Source: the human T2T-CHM13v2.0 reference genome, Homo sapiens. Taken from it: a stretch of DNA of 64,000 nucleotides. Shown here piece after piece: positions 25,101-39,400 of this stretch (the stretch's first letter is position 1; each line of letters opens with the position of its first letter). The stretch is from NCBI RefSeq assembly GCF_009914755.1, contig NC_060948.1, one strand, 5' to 3'. The notes under the pieces were generated by a model. The model was not told the DNA's origin. It worked only from the letters and a program-made list of their open reading frames with translations, and searched no databases. The position numbers and the translations under genes were made by a program.

Positions 25101-28100
25101 AAGGGTGTTTCGAGACTGTGAGTTGGCCAATGGAAACTGCTTTTCTGACTACATTCCAGAAAGTGGTTGTGCATAAGAATTGAATCCCATAAGGAATGGA
25201 ATATAATCTGGTGAGTTTTTCAGGGCTCTTTGGGTGATAGAATCATACCTGAGACCACAGATGCCGGTGTCAGTGATAAATGGTTGGGATCTTCTCACTG
25301 TCTCTCTTCATCCTGGGCCTTGCAGTGGCTCTCTAGAAAAAACACAAAACACAACAAAGGCAAGTCCAAGGTGAAGCAGTCTTCTCACACCTCTGACTTG
25401 CTTTTCATGGGTGCAGACGAAATTCAGACAGTGAAAACGAGCTGCATTGTGCTGGAGTCCAGTCAGTGTTCAATGATTCCTGTCAGATGACACAAAAGCT
25501 TCCTTCAGAGTGCTAACATCCTCAGCATCCACAATGAGACAACGACACACAACCTGGAGCACAGCCAGCCTATCTTAACTCTTTTTGGCTCTCTGAAATC
25601 CCTGGCAGCTAAATAATCTGTGGAAAGAGGCACTCCCATCCAGCAACAGCCCAATGAAAGAGCTCCACAATGAGAATGCTGTGCATATAAAATGAAACCA
25701 AGGTTAGATTACAAGGAAAAAGCCAGAAATGTCTGCCTGCTTCTCATCTTACAGGAATCATGCAGCGCTCCAATAGAAGTTGGAGAACAAGAGTTCCCTT
25801 TTTGGCAGCGGTAACAAGAATTCACAGTTTTAAAAGCATCAAAGCTGCCCAGTCATTAAATTGTGAAAGAGTTTAGAAGAAAACCCTCAGGCAATGAATT
25901 CTCATGAGGATCTTTCTTCATGACCTGGGAAACATTTAATGTGGAAGTCTTTGAGCCAGACTCAGAAAACCCTATGCCGACAAGGAACATGGAAGTCAGC
26001 AAAAGAAGAATCAAGTATAGAGGCCACATCCCAACCAGCATCAATCTATTCCACTCCCATTTGGCTACAGGTATGAAAGTGCTCAAACTGGGTGTTTGCC
26101 AGGATGGTCCCAATTTGTAATACAAATGGTCCTTTCACATTGGATACTCCTACCTGAAGAGTGGGAGGTGGTGTGAGCTGCTTGTGCAATTAATGGAATA
26201 AGGGGATGGAGTTGGAAACACCTCCTGTGTCATCTGTCTTCATTTCTTTTGCAGGTGAAGTTGCAGGACCCCATCCACCCCTCAGTAGATTGTATTCTCA
26301 TCCTTATCTAACCTTATTGCCTCTCACACTCTATGTTCCAGGATGAAATTCCAAGACAATGGAGGAGTGTCCCTTCATGATGTGGAGAACCTGCTTGGCT
26401 CGAAACTGAATTTGAGGTAAATTCAAGGGGTACTGTGGGCAAGACTGCTAGTGTCTCTCCCTGGTTTGCCCTCAGGACAGGGAAACACTGGGAGATGTCT
26501 GTTTTTTGGTGTGGTGTGTTCCCTTTCTTTATAGAAGAGTAGTTTTTTGTTTTTGTTTTTGTTTTTGTTTTCCAAGGAAAGGTGATTTGGATGCTGGCCT
26601 GTCTTGATCCACCTTCAAATTCACTGCGGATTTAAGATTTACATAAAAATAAAGAACATGGAGCCCCAGAACTGACCAGAGCCACACAGATGTGCCATAA
26701 AATGGTTTTGTTATTCAAATAAAAAGAAGTTCTGAAGGGCGCTAGCCATATTCCTTTAAGCAGACTTTACTTACAGGGACAGACAAACACCCAATACCAC
26801 ATAAGCATGCAGCCATCAAACACTTACAACACTCTCACAGAAACACACAGCCTGGCAGCTCCTGAGGCTGTACAGGAAACCCCACATGAAAGACAGCAAC
26901 ACTGGAACAAAAAAGATGGAAAACAAAATGCTCCCAGACATCACAGTGGAGCAAGCTTCAAAAAGACTCACCCCTACAACTTCTAGGCAGCCTCAGAAAT
27001 CCTGTAGATCCTTTTGGATTTTTAGGGATGTCATGGTTTATTCCTGGGGCTCCGCTTGATGTTTCTTTAGGCTGGCTCATGTCTGTTCTCTCCTAGGATC
27101 ATGGGATTATCCCATGGATCCCACAGAGAAGATGGGTGGGAGCCCAACACCAATACACTTCCACAGAGGACTTTTTCTCTGCCAAGCCACAGAAACTTGT
27201 TGCTAGGCAATGGTGACATTCGTGGTGACAATAGCCAGAGCTCAAAATCAGGCCTGGTGTGCATTCATGAGGCAGACTCGTGTGCCTGGTTGTCAGAACT
27301 ATCAGCCTGCCTAAGAAGAGAATATTGGTATAGGCAGAGACCCGATGACATGGGAAAAAGGATGCTTGTAAAACCCACTGTGAAACCCAAGATCTCCCAA
27401 CCTCAGGGACCCTCCAAGCCATCTCCGTTTTTGGGTTCTGCTGGAGAAAAAGGAGTTTAGTGACTTTGAGGTCATCGCTAGAAACTGCTCTTCTGACTCC
27501 ATTCCCAAAAGAAGCTGTGTGCAAGAATCAGATCTCAAGGAAAGTGGAACACAGTCTGTTGTGTTGTTCAGCCTTCTTTGGGTGATAGAATTATACTGAA
27601 AACAGAGGCAGGTGTCAGCGAATGATGGCCTGACTCCTGACCTCACTGCCTCCCTTCATCCTTGGCCTTGCAGGGTATCTCTGGGAAAGGCAGAAACCAT
27701 GACAAAGGCAAGTCAAAGTTGAAGCAGTGTTATCACACCTCGGATTGGCCTCTTTCAGGTGCATATGAGGTTGAGACAGTGTATTGGAGTCTGTCTGTGC
27801 CAATGGCAAGCCTGAAAATGGTGTCCAGTAGTGCTGTTATGGGACACTGGGTTCCCCATGAAAGCAAAAGAAATAAATAAGTAAAATAGATAAATAAAAA
27901 ATCTAGGCTCACTGAGAGAATGAGCTGCCTTTTGCTGGAGTCCAAACAATGTTCAATGATTTCTGTCAGAGAAGACAAAAGCCTCCTTAAAATGCAAACA
28001 TCCTCAGCCCCCACAATGAGACAATGACCTACAACCTGAAGCACAGCCATCCTACCCAAAGTCACTTTTTCTCTATTCAATTGCAGTTAGCTAAATAAGC

Positions 28101-31100
28101 TGTGGCCAAAGGCAGTCCCATCCAGCAACAGCCCAATAAAAAAGCCACTCCAAAATGAGGAGGACATGCAGATGAAATGAAACAGAGGGTAGATTACCAG
28201 GCAAAGGCCAGACATGGATGCCTGCTTCTCATCGGACAGGAATCATGCAGCCCTTTGATAAAAGTGGGAGAACAAGAGTTCTCTTGTTGGTCACTGTAAT
28301 GAGAATTTACAGTTTAGAAAGTTTCAAAGCTTCCCGGTCATTAAAACGTGAGAATGTTTAGAAGAAAACAGTCGCTCAATGGTTGCCAATGAGTGTCATT
28401 CTCTGTGAAATGGGAAATGTTTAGTGTAGAAGTCATTGAGCCAGACCAAGGAAACCCTAGGCCAGTGAGAAACATGGAAATCAGGAAAGGAAGAGTCAAG
28501 TGTAGAGGTCACATCCCACCAGGGATCAATCTATTCCACTCCCATCTGGCTCTGGGTATAAACCACCAAAAATAGGGAGTTCACCAGGATGGCCCCAATT
28601 TCTTTTTCCAGTGCTCCTTGCATGTTGGAGTACTCCCACACAAACACTGGCCCGTGGTGTGGACTGCTTGTGCAATTAAGGAAACATGGGGAATTAACTG
28701 GGAGAACATTCTGTGTCATTTGTCTTCATTTTTTTTGCAGGTGAAGTTGTGGGACCCCATTCAACCCTCAGCAGATACTATCCTCACCTGTATCTGACCT
28801 TATTGTGTTCACACTGCATGTCACAGGATGAAATCCCAAGATGATGGAGGAGTGCCCCTCATGATGTGAAGCACTTGATCAACTGGTAACATAATGTGAG
28901 GTAAATTCAATGGGCCCTGTTGACAGGACTGCTAATGTCTTTCTCTAGATTGGCTGCAAAACAATGAAACACTGAGTTTTTTTTTTTTTTTTTTTTTTTG
29001 GCACACAAGGGTGATTTGGGTGCTGGCACATTTTGGCATGCCTCTGAATTCACTGTGGATTCATGATCCACAGAAAAATAAAGAAAACGGCCCCCTGCAG
29101 GCCATGCAGAGCCACACTGACAGGCCACCAAAATGTTGCAAGGCTAAGAAAAATGAAGTGCTGAAGGGTGTTAGCCACATTCCTTTAAGCAGAAGCCTTT
29201 TACATTCAAACACACACAAACACACTTACACATACAAACACACAATGTTCTTGACTTCCCTGTCTCACTTCATCCTGCACCTCGCAGGGCTCTATGGGAA
29301 AGGCAGTAACCATGACAAAGGCAAGTCCAAGTTTGAGCAGTGTTCTCAAACCTTGGACTGGCCTCTCACGGGTGCAGATGAGGATGAGACAGTGTCTGAG
29401 GTGCCACTGGTGGTGATGGCAAGCCTGAAAAGTGTGTCCAGTAGTGCTGTTGAGGGGCTCTGTGGATTCCCCATGACAGAAAATAAAAATCAAGACTCAC
29501 CTGAGGAATGAGCTGCCTTGTGCTAGAGTCAAACAATGTTCAATGATTGCTGTCACAGGACCCAAAAGCCTCCTGCAAAATCCTATCAACCTCAGCCCCC
29601 ACAACGAGACCACAAGCCACAACCTGGAGTGCAGCCAGCATACCTGAAATCCCTACTGCTCTCTGAAACCCATGGCAGCTAAATAATGTGTGGTGAGAGA
29701 CCCTGCCACCCAGCAGCAGTCTAATGAAAGACCTCCTTTACAAAGAAAAGGCAGTGTGGACAAAATGAAACAAAAGCTAGATTACCAGTAAAAAGTCAGA
29801 CACGGCTGCCTGCTTCTCATGCTACAGATATCACGCAGCCACCCTTTCTCTGATAGAGTAGAACTAGAGCTTCCTTGTTGTTGGCTGTAACAGGAATTTA
29901 CGGTTTTAAAAGTATAAAAGCTGTCCAGTCATTAATATGTTACAGTGGATAGAAGGAAACACTCACACAATTGCTTTTCATGAGGGTCGTTCTCTGTGAA
30001 CTGGAAAATGTTTAGTGTTGAAAACATTGATCCAGACCCAGGAAATCCTAGGACGATGAGGAACATGGAAGTCCAGAAAAGAAGAGGCAAGTTTGGAGGC
30101 CACATCCCAAGAAGCATGAATCCATTTCCCTCCCATTGGCTCCAGGTATAAAAGCCCTCAAATAGGGTTTTTGCCAGGATGTTCGCAATTTTCACTCCAA
30201 ATGTTTCTTGCACATTGGAGTATTTCCACTTAAACACTGGGCCATGCTGTGGAATACTTGTTCAATTAAGGTAACTCAGGGAAGAAGCTGGATGCACCTT
30301 CTGTGTCATCTGTCTTTATTTTTCTTTGCAGGGGAAGTTTCAGGACACCATCCACCCCTCATCAGATTGTATTTACACTCCTACCTCACCTTGCTGTAGC
30401 TTACACTGTATGTCCCAGGGTGAAACCCCAAGACAATGGAGGAGGGCCAAGTCATGATCTGAAGCACCAACTCAGCTGGGAACCAAATTTGAGGTAAATA
30501 CATGGGGCCTGGCAGACAGAATGGCTAATGTCTCTCCATTTGTTGTCCTCAGAACAATGAAACGCTAATAGATGTCTATTCTTTTGAAGTAGTGTGCTCC
30601 TTATTTATTTATTTATTTATTTTAAGAAGAGTAGTTTTTTTGCAGGGAAAGGTGATTTGGACGCTGGCTCATCTCTGCCTACCTCCCAATTCAGTTTGAA
30701 TTCATGATCCACAGAAAATTAAAGAATATGGAGTCCTGCAACCCAAGCACAGCAACATAGACTGGCCACCAAAAGGTTGGGAGACTTTAAAAAAAAAAAA
30801 AAAAAGAAGCACTGGAATGAGGTAGCCACAAAATGTTAAGCAGACTCCACTTACAGGCACACACACACACACAAAGACACACTGCCACACACAGAAGCAG
30901 ACATCCAACACTTGCAACACTGCCCCCAAAACACAGAGCCCAGTAGCTTCTGAGGCTGTGTTGTTCTGCAGGAAGTCCCACAAGGGAGAGAGCCACCATG
31001 GGAAACACAGGTGGGCAACACCTCAAAATCTCAGTGAGGCAAGTTTCAAAAAGACTCTCCCCTACAAAGTTTAGGCAGGCCTGAGGAATCCGGCAGACTC

Positions 31101-34100
31101 TTCTGGATCCTTAGGGATTTCATTGTTTATTCCTTGGTCTGTGCTAGAAGTTTTTTTCAGGCTGGTCGAAGTCTGCCCTCTTCTAGGTTCATGGGACTAT
31201 ACCGAGAATCCCACAGAGAAGACAACTGAGAGTCCACTGCCGACACATCTTCATGAATGTCTCCTTCTCTGCCAAGCCGGAGGAACAGTCGCTAGGCAAT
31301 GATGACATTCACTGTGACGCTAGCCAGAGCTCACAATCAGGCCTGGTGCTCTGAGACAGGCATGTGCAAGTTCTTGAGACAGACTCGGGCTCCTGGCTCT
31401 CAGAGCTGTCACCCTGCCTAAGAAGAGGAAAACAATAAAGGTTAAGTCGGCCTGGTATCGTGAAAAATGTTGCCTGCCATTACCCACTGCAGGACGCTAA
31501 AATTCTTGACCTTAGGGCCCCGTCGGGATGTTTCTGTCTTTGGGTCTGACTGGAGGAGGAGGTGTTTCAATACTGTGAGGTGTTCGCTAACCACATCTCT
31601 TCTGACTCCATTACTTAAAGGGGCTGTGTGCCAGAGTTGGGTCCCATATGAATTGGAATATAGTCTGGTGAGTTGTTGAAGGGTTTTTGTGTAATGGAAT
31701 CATACCTAAGATCCCCAAAAGTGGGTGTCAGTGAATGATAGCCGGGCCCTTGACTTCATTGCCTCTCTTCATTTTGGGCCTCCGAGGGGCTCTCTGGGAA
31801 AGGCAGGAACCACGACAAAGGCATGTCCAAAGTGGAGCAGTGTTGCCATACATCAAACTGTGGTCTCACAGGTACAGATGATGATCATAAGTTTTCTCAG
31901 AGGTCATCTGTGGTGATTGCAAGCCTAGAAAGGTCCAGTGTTGTTTTTGAGGGTGAATGTGGACCCAGCATGAAAGCAAAGACAAATCAAGGCCCACCTG
32001 AGAGAATGAGCTTACTTGTCCTGGAGTCCAGGAAACATTCAAAGATTCCTGTAAAAGGACCCAAAATCCTCCTGCAAAGTGTAAGCAATCTCAGCCCCCA
32101 CAACAAGACAATGGTTCAAAATCTGGAGCACAGCCAGCCTAACCAAAGTCAATTTTGCTTCCTGAAATCAATGGCATCAGAAAGATATGTGGTGAGAGGT
32201 AGCCCATCCAACAACAGTCCAATAAAAGACCTTCTCTAAAATAAGAAAGGATATGCAAATGAAAGGAAACAGCCTTTCCAAGTGAAAGCCAGACACGTCT
32301 TTCTGCTTCTCATAGTACGGGAATCAAGCATCCCTCCCATAGAAGTGGGAGAACAATGTCTCCATGTTGTTGGCTGTAATGGAAATAAGGTTGTAAATTT
32401 ATCACATAAGCTGTTATTAAAACTTGACAGTGTTTAGAAGGAAACTCACACAATGCATTTTCATGAGAATCATTTTCTGTGAAAGGAAAATGTTTAGTGT
32501 GGAAAATGTTGAGCCAGACACAGGAAACCCTATGCCAATGAGGGACATGGAAGTGAGGAAAAGAAGAGGTAAGTGTGGAGGCCACATCCCACCAAGCATC
32601 AGCCCATCCCACTCCCATTTGGCTTCTGGTATTAAAGCCCTTAAACAGGGAGTGTGCCCCAGTTTGCACTACAAATATTTCCTGAAAGTTGGAGTATTCC
32701 CACCTGAACACTGGGCCATGGTGTGGACTGCTTGTGCAACTAAGAGAATGTGGGGATGCAGTTTAAAACACCTCTGTTTCACTGTCTTAACCTTTTTTGC
32801 TGGTGAAGGTACAGGGCCCCATCAACCCCTCACCAAATTATATTTTCACCTGTTTGACCTTATTGCAGCTCACAATCTCTTTCCCAGTTTGAAATCCAAA
32901 GATGATGGAGGAGTGCCCGCTCATGATGTGAAGTACCTGCTCAGCTGGAAACCGAATTTGAGATAAATTCAAGGGTCTATGTGGACAAGACTGCTAGTGT
33001 CTCTCTCTGGATTGGTCATATTGCAATGAAACACCAGACGATGTCTGTTCCTGGGTGTTGTATTCCACTCTTCTTTCTAGAAGAGTGCCTTTATTTGCAG
33101 GGGAAGATAATGGAGACCCTGGCTGGTCACAACTAGCCTACCTGTTCATTGTGGATTCATGACCCACAGAAACATAAAGAACAGGGAGCCCACAGAGCCC
33201 ACAGCCCAAGTACAGCCACACAGACAGGCCACCCAAAGGTTAAGACGCTAAAAAATAAAAAGCCCTGCAGTGTGTTAGCCACATTCCTTTAAGGAGAAAC
33301 AACTTAGAGGCAGAAACACACACACACACAGCCACACACACCCACAGATATCCAACACTCACAATACTCCCACAGAAATACACAGCCTGGTAGCTTCTGA
33401 GGCTGTCTCATTCTATAGGAAGCCCCAACTGAAAGAGAGCAACACCAGGAAAAGCAGGAGGGCTGAACCTAGAAATCACAGTGGGGCATGTTTCAATAAG
33501 ACTCACCCCTACATCAACTAGGCTAGTATGAGGAATCCTGCAGATTCTTTTGGACCCTTAGGAATTTCACAATTTCTGGGGCTCTGCTTGATATCTCTTC
33601 AGGCTGGCTCACATCTGCCCTCTCCTTGGATCCTGGTACTATCTGGTGGATAACACAGAGAAGACGAGTCCACCACTGATGCACTTCCACAGTGGTCTCT
33701 TTCTCCACCAAGGTGCAGGGACTTGTCACTAGGCAAAGGTCAAATTCATTGTGATGCTAGCCACAGGTCACAGCTTGGGCCTGGTGTCATGAGACTACCA
33801 CATGCATATTAGTGAGACAGACTGAACTGTCAGCCTTCTTAGGCAGAGGAAAATGGTACAGACAGAGCTGGCCTTGTATTGGGAAAAAAGACTGCCTGTG
33901 ATAACCCACTTCAGGTCCCTAAAAGTCTTGACCTTAGGGCCCTTATGCACCATAGCCATGTTAGGGTCACGCTGGAGGAAGAGCCATTTCATAACACTGA
34001 GTTTGTCTTTGGAAACTGTTCTTCTAACTCCATTTCTGAAAAAGTTTTTGTGCAAGAATTGAATCCCATGGGGATTGGAATATAGTCAGGTGAGATGTTG

Positions 34101-35925
34101 AGTGGTCTTTAGAATTATATCTGAGACCCAAGAGGTGGTCTCAGGCACATACACACACGCAAACACACCTCAACACAATGCTACAACATACACGCAAACA
34201 TTTAACGTTCTATTGTGGAGCAGTGTTTTCACAACTCAGACTGGCTTCTCATGGGTGTAGATGAGGTTTAAAGTGTCTCAGAGGCCCCTGTGGTGATGGA
34301 AGCCTGAAAAGGGTGTCCAGTAGTGCTGCTGAGGGGCACTGTGGACCCTCAATGGGAAAGCAAAGGAAAATCAAGGCTTGCTTGAGAGAATGAGCTGCCT
34401 TGTGCTGGAGTATAAGCAATGTTAAATGATTCCTCTTAGAGGACCCAAAAGCCTCCTGCAAAGTGCAAACACCCTCAATCCCCACGAGGAGACAACGACC
34501 CACAATCTGTAGCATAGCTAAACTTCCCAAAGTCCCTTTTGCTCTCTGAAATCCCTGGCAGCTACATAATCTGTAACAAAACCAGTCCCATCCAGCAACA
34601 GCCCAAATAAACAGCCCCTCCACAATAAGAAGCCCATGTAGATGAAATGAAACAGAGGCTAGATTACCAGGCAATAGCCAGAAGTAGCTGCCTGCTTCTC
34701 ATCCCACAGGAATCATGAAGCCCTGTAATAAAAAGGGGAGAAGACGAGTTTTAATTTCGCACCTGTAGCTGGAATTTACGATTTAAAAAATATCAAACCC
34801 TAGTCATGAAAAGGTGACAGTGTTTAGAAGTAAATATTCATGCAATGGATTCTCCTGAGGGTTGTTCCTCATTAACTGTGAAATGTTTAGTGTGGAAGTC
34901 ATTGAGTAAGAATGAGGAAAACAGGCCGAGGAAAAAGATCGCAGTCAAGAACAGAAGAGGAAAGTGTGGAGGCCATATCCCACCCAGCATCACTCCATTT
35001 CCCTCCCATTTGGCTTTGGGTATGAAAGTACTCAAATGGGGATTTTGCCAGTAGAACCCCAATTTGCACTCCACATGATACTTGCTCATAGGAGTGCCCC
35101 AACCTGAACACCTGGCCATGGTGTGGACTGCTTGTATAATTAAAGGAATGCAAGGATGGAGCTGGAAGCACCTTTTGTATCATCTGTCTTTATTTTTTGC
35201 AGGTGAAGTTGTGGGACCCCATCCACTCCTCACCGGATTGTATCCACATCTTTATCTGTCTTATTGTTGCTCAAGCTCTATGTCCCAAGATGAAATCCCA
35301 AGATGATGAAAGAGTGCCTTTTCACGACGTGACGCAACTGCTTGGCTGGAACTGAATTCGTGATAAATTCAAGGGGCAATGTGGACAGGATTTCTACTGT
35401 CTCTTAGTGGGTTGGCTTCTGGAAAATGAAACACTGGGAGATGTCTCTTTTTTGGTGTGGTGTCCTCCTCTTATTTCTAGAAGAGTGTTTTTTTGTTTTT
35501 GTTTTTGTTTTTGTTTTTGTTTTTGGCTGAGGGAGGTGATTTGGACATCATTGGGTCTAAACCTGCCTCCAAATTCATTGCTGATTCATGATCCACAGAA
35601 GAATAGAAAACACGGAGCCTTTCAGCCCAAGCAGAGCCATGCAGTGAGGTCACCAAAAGGTTATGAGACTCAAAAAAAAAGAAGTGCTGAAGTGTGTTAG
35701 CCAAATCCCTTTTGCAGATTTCACCTACATGAACACATCCACACACAAACACACGCAAATACACAATGCCACACACATGCAGACATTCAGCACTCACAAC
35801 ACTCCCACAGAAACACACACCCTGAGAGATTTTGATACTGTGTTGTTCTGCGGAAAGCCACACTTGGGAGATAGCAACCCCAGGGAACATAGTCGGGCTG
35901 TAACTGAAAATCATAGTTGGGCAAG

Positions 35926-36440
<515 letters not shown>

Positions 36441-39400
36441 TGAGTAATCCTGTAGACCCTTTGGAATCCTTAGGGATTTTGTAGTTTATTTCTGGGGCTG
36501 TGCCTGATGTTTCTTCAGGTTGGTTCACATCTGCCTTCTCCTAGGATCAATAGGCTAACCCAGGGATTCCACAGAAAAGGCAGGTGAGAGTCCACAGCTG
36601 ACACATCTCAATGGAGGTCTCCTCCTTCACCAAGCCAAAGGGACTTGTCACTAGGCAACGGTGACCTTCACTGTGAGACTAGCCAGAGCTCACAATCAGG
36701 CCTGGTGCCCTGATACTAGCTCACACTCATTTGTGAGACAAGCTTGAAAACCTGGCTGTCAGACCTGTCAGCCTGCCTTAACAGAGGAAAATGGTACAGG
36801 CAGAACCAGCATGGTGTTTGGTAAAAGGCTACCTGCACAAACACACTGTGAGAGCATAAAAGTCTCAAACTCAGGTCCCCTTCAAGCTGTCTCTGTGGAC
36901 GGGTCCCACTGGAGGAGGAAGAGTTTTGAGACTGAGAGGTGGTCGCTGGAATCTGCTCTTCTGACTCCATTCCCAAAAGAGGCTATGTGGTAGAATCGGA
37001 TCCCATAAAGATTGTAATATAGTCTGGTGTGTTGAGGGTTCTTTGGGTGATAGAATCATACCTGAGATGACAGAGGTGATTGTCAGCAAATGACGCCTGG
37101 TCTCTTAACGTCACTGCCTCCCTTCATCGTGGGCTTTGCAGGGGATCTGTGGGAAAGGCAAGAGCCACAACAAAGGCAAGTCCAAAGTGGAACAGTGTTC
37201 TCATACCTCAGACTGACAACTTGAGTTTGGAGATGAGGTTCAGATATTGTCTCAGAGGCCATCTGTAGCCATAGCAAGCCTGAAAAGAGTGTCCGGTAGT
37301 GCTGTTGAGGGGTACTGTGGATTCTCCATGAGAACAGAGATAAATCAAGACTTGTCTGAGCGAATGAGCTGCCTTGTCATGGAGTCCAAGTAATGTTCAG
37401 TGATTCCTGTCAGAGGACCGCAAAGCCTCCTGAAAAGTGCAAACAACCTCAGTCCCCACAACAAGAAAACAACCCACAAACAGGAGTGCAGTTAGCATTC
37501 CCAAAGTCACTTTTATTTTCTGAAATAACTGGCAGCTAAATAATCTGTGCTGAGAGGCCATCCTATCCATCAGCAGTCAAATGAAAGAGCCCCTCCACAA
37601 TGAGAAGTACATACAAATGAAATAAAACAAAGACTTGATTACCAGGCAAAAGCTAGACAAGGCTGCCTACTTCTCATCCTAAAGGAATCATGTAGCCCTC
37701 TGATGGAAATGGGAGAACAAGAGTTTCCTTGTTGCCAGCAGTAATGGGAATTTATGGTTTTAAAAGTATCAAAGCTGCACAGTCATTAAAACCTGATAGT
37801 GTTTAGAAAAAAACACTCATGCAATTGATTCCCATGAGGGTCATTCTTTGTGACCCAGGAAACGTTTAGTGTGGAAGTCGTTGAGCCAGATCCAGGAAAC
37901 CCTAGCCCAATGAGGAATATGGAAGTCAGAAAAACAAGAGGCAAGTGTGGGTACCATATACCACCCAGCATCTATCCGTTGCACTCCCATTTGTCTTTGG
38001 GTATCAAAGCCCTGAAATTGGGAGTTTGCCAGCATGTCCCCAATTTGCACACTAACTGTTCCTTGCACACTGGAGTACTGCCACCTGAACACAGGCCCAT
38101 GGTATGGACTGCTTGCGTAATTAAGAGAAGGCAGGGATGGATTTGGAAACAACTTCTGTGTCATCTTTTTTTATTTTTATTTTTGCAGGTGAAATTGTGA
38201 GACCCAATCCACTCTTCACCAGATTGTATCCTCACCCCTAACTGACCTTATTGCAGCTCACATTCTATGTCCCAAGACCAAATCCCAAGATGATGGAGGA
38301 GTGCACCCTCACGACCTGAAGTACCTGCTCTTCAGGGAGCTGAATTTGAGGTAAATTGTAGCGGCCCTGCAGACAAGACTGCTAGTTTCTATCCCTGGGT
38401 TCACTGCAAGACAATAAAACACTGGGAGATGTCTGTTTTTTTTTGGTGTGGTGTTCTTCCCTTCTTTCTTGAAGAGTGGCTTTTTTTTTTTTTGCAGGGC
38501 CAGGTGATTTAGATGTTGTCTGGTCCCAGCTAGCCTCCCAATTCACTGCAGATTCATGAACCACAGAAAAATAAAGAATGTGGATTCCCATAGCACAAGA
38601 AAAGCTACACAGACAGTCCACAAAAAGGTTGGGAGACTTAAAAAAAATTGCTAAACTGCATTAGCCACATTCTTTTAAGCAGACTCCACTTACTGGCACA
38701 AACACATGTACACACACACAAATACAATGCCACACACACACAGCCATTCAACACTTACAACTCTCTCACAGAAACACACAGCCTGGCTGCTCCTGAGGCT
38801 GCATGGTTCTACAGGAAGCCTCACCTGGGATAGAGCAACCCCAGGGATCACTGGTGGGCTGTACCTAGAAATCACAATAGGCAAGCTTCAAAAAGATTTA
38901 CCCCTACAATTTCCAGGCTGGCTTCAGAAATAATGCAGATAATTTGAGATTCTTAGGTATAATAAGGTTTATTCCTGGGACTGTAATTGAGGTTTTTTCA
39001 TGCTGGCTCATGCCTTCCCTATTCTAGGATCATGGTACTAGTTCATAAATCCCACATTCCTGAGATTTGTGCATGGTCATTCATGAGGGAAAATCGGGCA
39101 TGCAGCTGTCAGAGCTGTAAGCCTGCTTAAGCAGAGAATACTGGTACAGGAAGAGCCAGCCTGCTATTGGGAAAAAGGCTGCCTGTGATAACCTTGGAGG
39201 TTACAGGCAGGCTGTATCTAGAAATCACAGTGGGGCAAGTTCCAAAAAGACTCACCTTTACAATGTGTAGGAAGATTTTAGGAATCCTGCAGAATCTTTT
39301 GAATTTTTAGGGATTTCATGGTTTATTTGTGCAGCTGTGCTTGAGATTTCTTCCTGCTGGTTAATGTCTGCCCTCTACTAGGATCATGGGACTATCCCAT

